Part shown: positions 24,328 through 37,890 of the stretch, piece after piece | How positions within the stretch are numbered: the stretch's first letter is position 1 | Layout: each line of letters opens with the position of its first letter | Source: Lama glama | Lineage: Eukaryota | Direction: 5' to 3' | Length of the DNA: 64,000 bases | Assembly: GCA_028534125.1 (NCBI GenBank) | Contig: CM052817.1 | Location: 94,552,001 to 94,616,000 of the forward strand | The notes under the pieces: generated by a model | The model's input: the letters and a program-made list of their open reading frames with translations, nothing else | What the model was told of the DNA's origin: nothing | The model's database searches: none | Position numbers and translations under genes: made by a program

Positions 24328-25060
24328 GGAGGTGAAGGTGGCCATGTGGCCACCAAAACCCACGTTTCCTCTTCCACAGTGAGGCGTGATCACTCAGAGG
24401 TAACTGTCAGGAACTTTAGTTCCTGAAACTTTCTCCTTGCCTCTTGGGGCAGCCATGCAATTTGTTTCCAATGATGGAATATGAACAGAAGTTATTTCAG
24501 AGTTGGCTTTTTTTGTTGTTGTTAAAGTTTAGTTGATTTACAATTTGTGTTAGTTTTTGGTGCAACATAGTGATTCAGTTGTGTGTGTGTATACTTTTTA
24601 GTTTTTTTCCATTATAGGTTGTTACAAGATACTGAATGTAGTTCTGCATATATCCGGAGAAAACTCTAATTGGAAAAGATACATGCACCCCACTGTTCAT
24701 AGAAGCACTATTTACAACAGCGAAAATATGGAAACAATCTAAATGTCCGTCGACAGATTGGATAAAGAAGATGTGGTAATATATATACAATGGAACAAAA
24801 CAGAGTTGGCTTTTTAAGTAGCAGGTATGCCTTCTACCCTTCTCCCCTTTCCTTCAGCTCAGTGTGGGTAATGGTGATAAGGTCCTGGGCGTGGTGGATC
24901 TAAAAGGTGGAAGGAGTTGGAGTCTCTGAATCACAGTGTGGAGGAAAGACACCACTACACCAAGGTGGAACACCAGCATTTCAAATGAGTGAAAATAAAC
25001 TTCTGTTAGATTAAATCACTGTGAATTTAGGGTTTGCTTTCATATCTGTATTACCTGTAT
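24328..25060 (+). mobile_element. MaLR (MLT1-type) LTR interrupted by an L1
   Basis: ccaatgatggaatatgaacagaagt...ggagtctctgaatcacagtgtggag...tgagtgaaaataaacttctgt...aaatcactg. Confidence 0.75.
24513..24800 (-). mobile_element. L1 with 5' inversion
   Basis: Antisense 3' end 24513-~24646, then sense ORF2-end segment ~24647-24797; 15-bp TSD cagagttggcttttt at 24498-24512 and 24801-24815 followed by AA. Confidence 0.92.
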
Positions 25061-25957
25061 TTGTAAATAGCTGAGTGAAACTTTAGGTAATAAGGATTTG
25101 ATGGAAATCTTGAAACAGTTTTGCAGTCATTTTGGACTAGAGGAAATGTCAAAGATACTTCTCATTTTTCAAATTTCCAATGTCTAGTTTTATAGAACTC
25201 TTTAAAGAGTAATCTCCCAAAAGAAATCAATAGAACTCTTTTGCCTTTTGTATGTGTAAACTGGTCCCTACTTACTCACTCAAAAAAGCCAAGTGGGAAG
25301 AATTTGTGAGTAAAAACTTTTACAGGTAGTAGGAAATCTCCAATCAGGCCAAACTGACACTGTCCCCTTGCTGTTATGTCTTGTGCTTTCAGGGATTGAG
25401 GACACAGGAACGCCTTTCCTTGAAATGTGGTTGAGCTCACTGGGCTTAGCTGTTCGGGGTGCCCCCTAGAGCCAGGCTGTCAGGTTAAGTAATGACAGTG
25501 TAGTAGACACTCTACCCAGTTTGTTTCGTGGCTACTTGTTACAAACCTTGAAAAGAAGTGTATTCATTTTCTGATACTCAGGCCATGCCTTTCTTTGAAA
25601 GGAATTATGACTCATCTTTGTGCAGATTAAGTAGGTCTGTTGAGAAAGAAAGCATGAACTTGGTAGATTCCCTGCGTTAAGGTGTCAAGGGCTCTTTATG
25701 GGACAACGGTATTCTCCTGGTCTCCTCACTGGGTTGTAGAGACAGGCAGAAAATATTTAGACTCCAGCCCTGCTTCTCTGTCCTGTGGCTCAGCACAGGA
25801 CTTAACTTCCGCTTCTTCACGGCTTAAAACAGCAGCTAGTAAATGAAAGACTAATGAGTTACACTGAGCTACATAGGAAGCTGGTGCAATGTTGTTTCCC
25901 AGAATTAGACAAAATTTGTTTACTGTTGCTCTCTCATTGAGTAAATAAACAAAAGAA

Positions 25958-26070
25958 AGAAGGGAAGGAGGGAGAGAGGGAGGGAGGAAGTAGGGAAGAA
26001 AGGAAGGAAGGAAGGAAGGAAGGAAGGAAGGAAGGAAGGAAGGAAGGAAGGAAGGAAGGAAGGAAGGAAG
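25958..26070. repeat. (GAAG)n microsatellite and purine tract
   Basis: Long perfect GGAA run at ~26001-26070. Confidence 0.97.
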
Positions 26071-26214
26071 CTGGTTAGGGAAGAAATGAACCAGAAGTCC
26101 GTACGTCTGACTCTGTCAAACATCAGGCTTATCTTTCATGATTATTACTTTGATAATATAGAAGCTGTATCAAAACTGTTTTCCTAAGCAACATGAACTG
26201 AAAAGACAGAGCTA

Positions 26215-26995
26215 TTTCTAAAACTTCTTATGGATATAAAATACGTATAGTGAAATGTGTGTTTACCTTAATGCATATCCCTTGATGAATTTTTCACAAA
26301 CTGAACAGACTTGTTAAACTAGCACCCAGATCAAAAACAAACCTAGCCACCACCCTAGAAACCCTCCCATCTTCCTTTCTAGTCATGAGATTAACCACTA
26401 TCCTGAATTCTAACAGCATAGCTTACTTTTCCCTCTTCTTATAATTTATACAAATGGAATCGTACAGTAGGTACTTTTTGTATCCAGCATTTTTCCTGAA
26501 TTTTTTTTTGGAAGATTTACCCTATTGTTGCATACACCTGTAGACCGTTCATTCTCAATGCTGTATAAAATTCCATTGAGTAAATATGTCACAATTTATG
26601 TATACACTCTACCGCTGATAGACATCTGGATAACATCCAGTTTGGTTTGGGGCTATTACAAATAGCACTGCTATGAACATTCCAGTTAAGTCTTTTGGCA
26701 AATTCAAGTATGTGTTTTTGAGAGAGAGAGAGAGTTTAGTCTGTTGGGTGTTTAATGGTATTACGTTGTGGTTTACTTTTCATTTTCTTGGTGACTAATG
26801 AGCAAAGCATGTTTGAGTATGTTGATATCCCCTTTATGAAGTACCTGTTCAAGTCTTTTAAGCCATTTCTCTATTGAGTTGTCTGCATTTTTCTTACTTA
26901 TTTTTAGGAGTTCTTTATATGTTCTAGATAATTATCTTCTCCCACTCTTTCACTATCTTAATGTTGTCTTCTGAGGAACAGAAGTTCTTAATTTG
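26215..26995 (-). mobile_element. Old L1M fragment
   Basis: tatacaaatggaatcgtacagtaggtacttttt, ggggctattacaaatagcactgctatgaacatt, gagttctttatatgttctagata. Confidence 0.85.
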
Positions 26996-26999
26996 ATTT

Positions 27000-27965
27000 T
27001 AAAATTTTTTATTGAAGTATAGTTGATTTGCAATATTATATTTATTTCAGGTGTACAGCAGAGTGATTCCATATTTTTATAGATTATTCTCCATTAAAAG
27101 GTACTGCAAAAAATAGCTATAATTCCCTGTGTTGTACAGTAGATCATTGTGGCTTGTCTATTTTACACATAGTAGTTTGTAACTCTTAATCCCCCACTCC
27201 TATCTTGCCCCTCTTCCCTTCTCTCTCCCCACTGGTAGGCACTAGTTTGTTTTCTATATCTGTGAGTCTGTTTCTGTTTTGCTACACATATTTCTTTGTT
27301 TTAATTTTTAGATTCCACATTTAAGTGATAACATACAGTACTTGTCTTTCTCTGTCTGACTTAATTCACTAAGCATAATGTTTTGTAGATCCATCCATGT
27401 TGCTGCAAATGGCAGAATTTCATTCTTTTTTATGGCTGAGTAATATCCCATTGTATATGTATATACACCACATCTTCTTTATCCAGTCATCTGTCATTGG
27501 ACATTTAGGCTGCTTCCATATCTTGGCTATTATAAATACCACTGCTATGAACATTGGGGGTGTATATATCTTTTCAAATGAGTGTTTTCATTTTTCTAGA
27601 TATATGCCCAGGAGTGGAATTGCTGGATTATGTGGTAGTTCTATTTTTAGTTTTTTGAGGAACCTCCATTCTGTTTCCCACCGTGGCTGCACCAATTTAC
27701 ATTCCTGTCAATGATGTACAACAGTTCCTTTTTCTCCACATCCTCACCAACATTTGTTATTTGTAGACTTTTTGATGATGGCCATTCTGACTAGTGTGAA
27801 GTGATTTTCTCACTGTTGTTTGGAGCATTTCTCTAATAATTACCAGTGTAGAGCATGTTTTCATGTGCCTATTAACCATCTGTATGTCTTATTTGGAAAA
27901 TGTCTTTTCAGGTCTTCTGCCCTTTTTTTGCCTGGGTTGTTTATTTTTTCTATTGAGTTGCATGA
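27000..27965 (-). mobile_element. L1 3' UTR + ORF2 end (artiodactyl-type)
   Basis: ttttattgaagtatagttgatttgcaat terminus; antisense ORF2 text underlying ORF 27397-27714. Confidence 0.93.
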
Positions 27966-30900
27966 ATAGAGTATTGTCATATTACTAAATATTTTGTAGC
28001 CTCAAAATGCTGTTTCCTGGCAGACCAGCTTTAGGCTGAAAGCTGACTGTATTGTGGTCTGGGCAGGGTTTAGGCAGAGGACTTGGTTTCTCAAAGATGT
28101 TCCTTCCGTCTGATGTCGGGGATCATGCAGCTAGATTGCTCTTCACTCTGAGCAGACCTCTGCTTCATCATCTGTACCTGCTGCCTCCTCGCGTTCCTGG
28201 AGAAAGGGCCGATGACCCTAAAACATTATTAGTGCCCTTTTTGTGTTTCCGTCACAGTTAATTACAGAAAAACTTCGTTATACACAAAGTGTTTGTAAAA
28301 ACAAATAAACAAACACGTTATCAAAGAAAATACCTCCGAGAATCCTACAGGAGTAAAAATAAGAGATCCCAGTGTTAGAACGCTGACAGATGGGGAAAGA
28401 TTTGTTTTACAAACCATTAGGTGTTTGTATCCTCGGCTAATCGTCAGCTCCTTAAACGTAGACCCAGTTATGTTGATCTTGACTGGCCTTCATTGTTCCT
28501 AGAATATTGCTGCACGTGTAGTACATGTACTATCTGTACTTGCGGACTTCGGTTTTTGAAAATGTGAAGTGTGAGTTTAATAGATGTTGTCTCTTGTTCT
28601 TCATTTTCTATGCACTTGGAACTTGGAAAATGAATCTTTTTGTAGTAAAAACTTCCCTCTAGATACATTCTTTTTCTTTAAAAAAAAAGTGATAAAAGAA
28701 AGGAAAACAAACTCAAGACATTAAAAAGTTTTAAAGTACCAAATCTCTCCTCTCAGAATGTGTAAACAGATAACTGAAGGACGGCCTCCTCTAATTTTTT
28801 TATGGGTTAAATTTTCTCTCAATGTGATCTTGTTTTATTTTTGAAATGCAAATATTTTTAAAAGGATACATTGTAAGCAACTGGAAAATTGGTTTTAAGC
28901 CCATGTGATATAAGATTTCACAAATGTTTAGGATCATGGTGCTATTTCCATGACTATGAGATTTCATAAACACATCATATAACAACTCTTTATAGTTCGT
29001 GTGCTTGTGCATAACTGAGGTGGCTCATTAAACACAAAGGCATTTTCTATCCATTACTGTAGATAGCTATGTCTTCTTGTATTTTAAATGGACATTTTAC
29101 ATGTAGATCTGTGCAAAATGTAAAATTTCCTCCCTTTGGGTTATATATCTGCTGTAAGTGCATATGAAGCAAGCAGTGTTTAATCCCAACTTACCTGCAG
29201 CCAGTCCTCGGTAGGTAAACTGATATCACATGTAAAGTCCATTCTTTTTTCCTGGGCTGCCTTTAGATCACTTGCTGCTCCAACTACTGAATTAATAGGA
29301 ATTTCATTGCCTGTTCAGCCTAGTACAATATTAATTCTGTTTACTTATCCTTAACATACAGTAGAATTAAAACTATAGAGGAAAATCTCTTTTTCTTATT
29401 AGACTGCTGGAAAAAAAAACCTTCTCATATTCTGTGATATCTGTTTCTAATTTGTTTTTGGGGAAAGGAATGCCAAATAGTTGCCTTGTTTCCCTCTTCA
29501 GACATTCAGAACCTCACCAAACTGCAGTCAAACCAGGGTGCACACCCCAGCATGTGATTTTTTTTAACTCAGAATCATAGTCAATAAATTTGATTAGTTT
29601 GTAAAGCATTCCAAGCCACCAGCCCACAAAGCAGGTTGAGCCAATACCTTCACTCACTCCCTGTTTCTTCTAGACCACCAGGGCTCTAGTTTGTATTTTT
29701 AAACCTGGGTTAAATTGTGGCATAACCACAAACCATTGTATGCTATTAACAGTGGGGTTCCAGTGAATGACTGACAAACAAAATCTTAGCACACAAAGTC
29801 TACTTCTCTCAATGGTAAACACATGTTATTAATGAAACGTTTCTAACGGGCACAGGCGGTTTGAAGTCTGTCTTGACTGACAATGCTGTATTTTGCTCTC
29901 TGGGCTACACAAACAAAACAAAACTTTTTAAAATAGTCTCTTAGAAGAATACATTTTGGTGAATCACAAAGGTATAATTTGCCACTCTAGATGCTGGACT
30001 TAACTTCTCGTCCTCCTCCAAACCTGGATTAGAGTGGAATATTTCTCCAGGGTTCAAAGACAGCGTCTAGTTCCTGTATCTTCCTTAGGAAGATCGGGAT
30101 GGTGTTATTCAACCCTTGGTCCAGTCTCAAAGAGAGTTCCCTTGATGCACAAAGGACTCAACACAGGTATTACCTGGGTCGCTGTAGGGAGGTCCAGGCG
30201 AATATCTGTTTTATGTGCAGTTCTAAGGCTCAGAACCTAGTGCCTCAGAGAGAGTTGCTGCTGTGAGGTAGGTTGCTAAATAAAGATCAGATCTGATTCA
30301 TCCTCAGCTTCCTCTAAGTTCCTGGGGTAGGTGAGTGGAGACTTTGTTCAGCGTATTTGATGTTTTCCTTTATCAGTTACACTGGCTACTTAGTATGTAG
30401 GCCTGCATGAAAATAGACAGTGAGTCTTTTGTGTAATTTTTCCAAACTCCTGTTTAACATAAAGGGATAGCAAACCCCAAACCAAATAAAACAACACTGG
30501 CATCGCATTTTAGATGTCTTTGAAACATTCCAGTGTTTTGGACCACCAAACTCGAACCCACGATGGTTGCATTTCGTTTTGATCAAATTGGGCAGTGCAG
30601 CCTCAAGCTGGTTTGCATTTCTTCTCTTCAAATCTACCCTGACTCTGTTAGAGTAACCAGAGAATTACAGAAGAACAATGTACCGTTAATCTGTTCTGTA
30701 GCATTCTTTTGAAAAGGAATTGAGTAGTGAGGAAGTGAGGGAAGAACTCTCATTTCAGAGTGATACCAGCATGGTCCAAAGAGTCCCTAATGTCCATATT
30801 CCCAGGGGTGGATTCTCCCTGTCTCTAACATCAGAGTAGCCCACCAAAGGTGAAAACTTTAGACAAACCACGCGTCCATGCTGTAAATTATTCTTTTCCC

Positions 30901-32539
30901 TGAATTAACTGGGTCACTCTCCTTCCACTGAATTGATAAGTGAATGTCATAGTGTTGAAAAGCAAGCTGAGAGAGTGCGCGCTAAGATAGCTTAAGGGCA
31001 GCATTGAAGAGGAAACATCTAGGACATGCGCTGAAGGATAAGTGCATCAATGAATAAGTCTAACCATCTTCCCTCACACTTTGTACCACTCTTGGTTTCT
31101 TTTCTGCTCTCTATTCCATGATACCTTATTCCAACCAAAAGCATAGCCTCCGTATTCTGCCTTCCGCTTGCCCAGTTAGCTCGCCTGTGACCTGTGTGGT
31201 CTTCCTACTTGCCTCAGTGATCCTTGCTGTTTTAATTTTCTCTGGAGGATAGCACAGCCAGAAGCATGGTCCTGGTGCCATCGTTTTGGTACCCAGGATC
31301 TGCCTCCAGCTCTCAGGTGGCCCTTTAGGACCCTTAGCTGCAAAGCAGACAACCACCGCTGTTAGTAACCTTCCCACTTGCTGTCACTTTCTCTAAAGCC
31401 CCTGCCGGTGGACTTGATTGTCTAAAGATGCTCAGGCCAAGGTGGTAATGATTAAGTCAAGCCTTCTGAAGGTGTGTATTTCAAAATAGAGCACTTGAAA
31501 AGACCATGCCTTAAAACACTTGAGTGAGTAGTAACTGGCAACCATTGAAGATGATATTAAGGAGCAAAAGAAGACGGCCAGTTATCCTCTCATGTCCCGC
31601 CCCATGACTGAGCAACTGCCCTAATGATCTGTTAAATGCTTCTTGGAGCCTATTTAATCTTCTCTACCTGAATACTTGGTGTTCAGAGATTACACCTTGT
31701 AGTCTATTTCCCTACATTCTGATTTCTCAGGTAAAAGAAAACAAAAAAGGGACTCTTCTTTGAAGTTTGATTGAAGAAGCTTGATCTATATTTATTTGAT
31801 TTGATTACTGTATAGAGAAAAATAAAGGGTGCCTCTCACATATGTGTTATGATAGAGACTTAAAGAATTCTTGAATTTTATAGCTGGTAGGGACTCAAGG
31901 AACTAAGCCAGAGAAATTTAAATGATTAATAACAGAATAGAGACTAGAATGCAGTTCTCTTTGGCTTTTCAGTTCAGTGTGTTTATATGGTATCATACAA
32001 TACAGTGAAAATTATATTGTGTAAATTTTTAAAACTATATTATTTGTACCCTATTGCACGTAAAAGGGCTTAGGTTACTGGTAACTTGATTGAATAGTAT
32101 ACTAATGATGCACACACACATAGTGATTTGGGAAATCAGAGACTTAACTTGAAGTACACTTTCCATTTGTTCTTTTAAATTTGATAGTCTTACAAATTGC
32201 AGGATAAGAGAAAGCTATTATGGCATCATCTCAGTATCAGGAATCCAGCCACAGTAACACATCTACATCCATTTCTTGCCGTGCTTTTTAGGTTGATGAA
32301 GGCTCTAGCATAAAACCAGATACAAATGCCAAGATTTAGGAGAAGATGAGCCCAAATGAGACAGGTGTTCCTTTCACGTATCATTCTCAGACCATGTCCT
32401 AAGTGAGGCACTACGGCAGCCCTGACTATCTCATTTGTGCACTCATTCTGTTGGTGTTTATGAAGTATTTATTATAAGCCAGGTATTGTGCCAGGCACTG
32501 AGGGACACACAGAGTGGAATAAAACATTTCTGCCAGCGT

Positions 32540-32940
32540 CAGTGACCATGAATCCTTACCAATATTTGTGTTCTCCTCTTTGTTCAGGGCACACAGCTAG
32601 ACTGCTTTTTCCACTCTCTGTTACCACGTCCTGGCCAACAGAATGAAAGGGTAAGTGTTAGGTGCCTCTTTCAGACCTGCCCTATAAATATATCCCTTGT
32701 ACGAGTCCCGCATCTCTCTCTTTCCCATCTGCCACATAAATGAAGGGGACTCGAAGGACCTAGCAGAGAGAGGGGACTCATAAGCAGACGGGAGCCTGGG
32801 TTCCCGAGTGGCTGGGTAGAATGGAGATTCTTCCCATCACCATCAGCCCACATTGGACTATGACTTAAACAAGAAGTGAATTTCACTGTGTTGGGTCACT
32901 AAGATGCATTAACTGCTTGTTGGAGCAATTAGTCAGCTGT
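32540..32940 (+). mobile_element. MaLR (MLT1-type) LTR
   Basis: ctgggccaacagaatg-like text, ggagcctgggttcccgagtg, agaagtgaatttcactgtgttgggtcactaagat. Confidence 0.75.
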
Positions 32941-32944
32941 GTCA

Positions 32945-33352
32945 GTGTCTTAGGACAAAGGCCACTCTGGGTGTTGGCACATTGGACAGGGCTCAGCTAA
33001 GATGGCTCTTCTCTTCTCCTTGAGACACTGGCTAGGCTCATCCATGTCTTCAGGGTCAGTCTGGAAGTCCGGTGGAAGCTGGCCAGTACCAGGTGGCCTC
33101 TCTCAGAAGTCTGACAGTTGGTGTTGACGGCTCACTGACCCGTGTCTCCTGCATGCTAGCCTGGACTTCTTCAAGAAGAAAGGCAAGCTCCACTTCATAA
33201 GCCTTTTTAAAGCCTCTGCATGCATCACATTTACCAGTGTTCCATCACCCCAAACAAATTGTATAGCCAAGCTTACAGGAGAACTGCCCACGATCATGGA
33301 GATGGAGAGGCATGATTCATTGAGAACTAGTATTGTAACAACCACCACACCA
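32945..33352 (-). mobile_element. MaLR (MLT1-type) LTR
   Basis: ggacagggctcagctaagatggct...aaagcctctgcatgcatcacatttaccagtgttccat...aaccaccaca. Confidence 0.75.
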
Positions 33353-33656
33353 CACTGGATGGATGTATTGCTCCGAAGGAGCTCAGAATTCTGAGAGGCA
33401 TATCAAGAAATGACTACAGCACTTTATGAGACATATTAGAACTGAAGCATGAAAACAATGCTATCGGGGCACTGAATAGGGACTAGCTACCTCTGTCTGG
33501 CCTCGGCATGATGGCAAAACTTTCACAGATGAGATAATTTGGGTGCTGGGTCTGGATAGAAGAGTAGGATTTTGTTAGGAGCACCAGAAGTGCTGGGTAC
33601 AGTTGTGAGAGGAGGAAGGACAGTCTAGAAAAGGGAGACAGGGAAGCAACCTCCTC

Positions 33657-34165
33657 TGTTCCAATTACTATTGCTTCATATCAAATTTGCTTAAAATTTA
33701 GCAGCTGAAACAAGCTTTTATTATCTCACAGAATTTGGTGGGTCAGGAATTCAGACAGGGCACAGCAGGTATGCTGGCTCTGCGCCATGTTGTCTGGTCC
33801 TCAGCTGGGGAGACTTACTCCCGTCTGGAACCCAGGCTGGGATGACTTAAAGACAAAGCCTTCCGACTGGAGCTTCCACCATGGCCTCTCTGTGTGGCTT
33901 GGCTTCCTCAGAGCATGGCCACCTCAGGGTAGCCAGAATTCTTACATGGCAGTTCCTGGCACTAAGAGTCAATGTTCTAGAAAATAAAGTAGAAGCTGCA
34001 TTACCTCTTATGGCCTGTCTTAGAACTCATACAAGTCACTCCTGCCCTACCCTGCTGGTTAAAGAAACCAAAGGCCATACGGACTCAAGGCAAGGAGACA
34101 CAGACCCCAACCTGTCCATGGGAGAAGTGTCGAAGAATTTTGGAGCCATGTTTCAAAACCACCCA
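33657..34165 (-). mobile_element. MaLR (MLT1-type) LTR
   Basis: ttatctcacagaatttggtgggtcaggaattcagacagggcacagc...ggagccatgtttcaaaaccacc. Confidence 0.85.
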
Positions 34166-37100
34166 ACTTTTCCTCATAGCTTATCTCTGATGCTCATTTT
34201 CCCTTCCCACCTGGGGATTTTGTTTGCCATCAGTCTGAGGCCCAGGGTGGGGTGAGAAATAAGGGACGAGGAATATTTGCTCTGACTCACGAGGTCGTCT
34301 CCAAAATATTTTATCCACTCCGTGAGTCCTTTCCATTCACTGAAAGCCTGAGTGTTTTAAAACTCAAAAGCCAGAAAGAGGCAAAAAGAACACTCTGCCT
34401 TTTGTTGTCACATTCCTACCCTGAGGTAAAAAGTCCTCAGACAAACGGGACAACCAGAAGGGGTGGAGGACCAGAGGGGTGAGGGGAATACTGTCGGGGA
34501 AAAAGAACAGTTAATACTATTAAATGGAATTTTCTTTTCTATATTTAACATTTAAATGCCATTCCACCAAACATGCAACAAAACAAAACAAGTACACAAA
34601 AAAATCTTGCTCTTCTCTGATAGCTTTGCCATCACTGTTCCTGTTTATACGTCTTTCTATGGGTATTTTTATGTTTCTTTCTTTATTTTTATTTTTAAAT
34701 TTTCTACAGTTTAATTTATTTTGTACGTTTTTTTTCCAATTTAATGGACCCAATATCCTGGACAGATTCCAGCAATTTTAAGGTACAGGAACCCCGACCC
34801 TTTGAAGTGTATCAGGATCTGTAGTGCAGTCTCTCCTGCCGATCTCATACCGTATATCATCAAACAGTTCAGATCTTCATCCTCTTCACGGCTCCCAAAT
34901 GAAATATAAACCTAATTGGGCAAAGTGAGTTATCCAAGGATAAAAATTCTTTGAATTCCCCACAAAAATTTACTGACAGGCTGAGAGCAATCTGTAGAGG
35001 CCTCTTAGGACCTTTCAAGTCAGGAACAAAAGCGTCTCTAGAGGAATGGAGTGTTAATGTTGAGCAACACCTGTTGTTAGCAGTTGTGCAGGTATTTAAT
35101 TCTTGACTTCTGACCCACCCATTGGCCTGTAAGGTGTGTGCTTTATGTCCACGTGTATTTCTGAATTGGTCCACTGCAACTGGAGAGTTTGAATTTATGA
35201 ATCAGTCCCATTCTTGAAACTGGCGCAGTGGGGTGAGGCAAGGGGTTATCTTCCTGGAAGACACTTGGCTACATGACATAGGGGTGAATTGCTGGGGACA
35301 GTTATGATTCTGTTGTGGAGTAAGAAGTGGGGAGTTGACGCAGCCAATTATGTTCACTACAGAGGAAAAATATGGAAAACTTGAAGCACGTGGCCAACAG
35401 ATCAGTTATCAGTGGCACACACCTCTGAGCCTAATATTAATTTGAGAGATGACTAGGCATTGATTCCAAGACTGAAGGAACAAGCATGTTGAGAGTGCTG
35501 ATTGGATTCTGTACAACATCAGGGGGCAAGTCAACCAGTGTAGACACCAAAGTGGCCAAGGTGTTGCCTACCAGCTTGTGGAGATTACCAGGAGGAGTGG
35601 ATTTCCCGATTGTCAGTGTAGACAATACTAGACTCTTAAAAACTGATGCCTGCTAGATCCTGTATCAGCAAAGAGGAGAAACGTGTACTTGGTCTTGAAG
35701 AAGCTGAAGATAGATTCCTACTGCTGTTTGGTGGAAATACACATACATCGATGGCTACACACTTAAACCTATTTTAGACAGCTTGAACTTCCAAAGAGAT
35801 TTACAAACAAAGGGGCAAATGGGTTTTGAGAACTTAACATGAGCTTTCCTGTATCTAGGTCACTGTTCTCCGCTTCAGAGCTGAATGGATCTTTGAAATC
35901 TCAGGACCTTTTGGCAAGGACGAAGCACCAGTGTTGAGAGGCTAACATTTGGGAGCCATTTTTCTTTGGCGCTAGAACAGGAGTTTGAATAAAGTCCAGC
36001 CTGAGTCAGCCTCTAAACAAGGATGAAATTCAAGTTTGTAAAGCTTACTTGCAAGCCTGAAGCAGCTTATTTATATATTTTTAACATTTGCCTTAAAAAG
36101 AAACATTGGTCTATAACTTCATAAAATGCTGAGCTGAATACTCAACAAAAGCAAACTTCAACTGCTTCAGAACTTGTCCTCCAACCAGGGCAGTGCCATG
36201 GTGACAGTCAGTAAACAGAGCACCGCGCTACAAGGCAGAAATGCTGAGAAGCCCTCCCTGCCTGGGCATTAAGGAACTTTTGACTTTGGACAAGTCACTT
36301 CACTTCTCTAGGTCAGAAAGACACTAACTTATTAGATGAGATGCTTAAGGCATGAAAACATGTTAATTGCTATTTTTATCTGACTTTAGGGTTGAGGAAT
36401 CTGAGTACAGTTAAGCCACTTGTCCCCAGTTAAATACTGAGTCAGTAGGCTAGGAATGGTCTGTGTGTCCCTTGACTCCTAGGCCGGGAGTCTCTGTTTC
36501 TCTTCCATGCTTTCCAGAATGTAGTGGTAAATCTGACTGTGTCTGATGAAAGGGCTCCCACTGTCAATGCCACCCACCGATAAGCGCCTTGGACTCTGTA
36601 GCTCCCACCAGATAGTCCTAACATTCAGGAAGGCTTACCCTACAAACCCCACCTCTCTCGGCGTCTCTGAAGCACAGTCTACAAGCAAGCACAAGACATA
36701 AAGCATAATCCCTTGCGATGAACAAATATCTCCTCAAACCCTGAACATGCTCAGAGCAACATCACTTGGATTAGTGGATTAAATGCATTAGCTAAATGAT
36801 CTCACTGATTTTGCATTATGTAAGAAGGGAAAACCTCGCAGCGATGGAAATGTTACTTTGCAAAGCCAGCTGTAGCTTTCTGAAAGAAAGTTTAGAGATA
36901 AGAGAAGAGATTGCAGCAGAAAAAAAGCATTTAATCTTTTAGCTATTGGAATGCCTCTAGTGCAGTATAAGAGACAGCAAGGCAGGTTTTTAATGTACTC
37001 AGGCCCGGGGTGATAAAGAAGGAGGGAACTGGCCCACAGACCTGTGATTCCCCAGAGTATTTTCCTTGAGAAAAGTTTATGAAGATGGTCCACTTTCACA

Positions 37101-37754
37101 GGGCCTTGAAAAATCAATCTCCTGTCCTAAAAAACCTTCAGTTATAAAAAGGAGCTCGCACCACATTTGAAAAGCCTTCATTTCACTTTTTTTTCTGGTG
37201 TAGAACACATTTTATACCGACTGCACAGTTGAGAGAGAGAGAGTCATCAGCTAGGATTACAACTCTGTTTCACTGAGAGACTGCTCAGTCCATTCAGTTC
37301 TGGTGGAGATGACATCAAGATCGCACTGGCCTGTTGCTTCCACGGTCTGAGATCCTGAGGACATGGCCAAGTGTGTCGTCCCTGCTGCTCCTGGCCTTTC
37401 TTTCCCTTCTCTCCACACATTCAGGGGCCATTCGACGCTTCTATCCTCAGTATTGCCTCCTCAGGACTTAAGTTCTTTTAACCAAATGGCCCAGAACCAA
37501 GCCCCAGTTCACAATGGCCTGGCCCTGACCTTGCCTCTCCCAGCCCAAAGGTGGGTTTGGACTTTGAGTCTTGGATGTGAAATCTCTTTGGGTTCTGCTT
37601 ACCTAGGACCCCAGCATCTTCTGCCTCGCCCCTGCTGGTCTCCATCCCCCATAGCTGAGGGTATGGGCAGAGGAGTCAGAGAAGCTTACGTTCTAGTCTT
37701 TGCTTTGTGTTTCTCAGTAGAAAGACTTCAGGCAGGATTACTCCTACCAGTCTT

Positions 37755-37890
37755 GGTTGCTCACCTGTGAAACAGGGATAATGATAAAACCTATCTAAGA
37801 GAGTTGGTGTGAAGATGAAATAAAATACCATATTTAAAGCTAGTAACACAGAGTCCATAAAAACTGCTCAATAAGCTTAAGCAATTACTT
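37755..37890 (+). mobile_element. MIR
   Basis: ctcacctgtgaaacagggataatgataaaacctatct...gtgaagatgaaataa...gctcaataag. Confidence 0.8.

Larger units (their letters stand above)
32440..33650 (-). mobile_element. L2 fragment carrying two nested MLT1 LTRs
   Basis: aagccaggtattgtgccaggcactgaggga (32455-32505) resumes at ~33375 (ggagctcagaattctga...ctttcacagatgag). Confidence 0.6.

Noticed and set aside
25920..26123. ORF with PSFL repeats
   Set aside because: Translation of the (GAAG)n microsatellite
33787..34255. 66- and 124-aa ORFs
   Set aside because: Lie within an MLT1-type LTR
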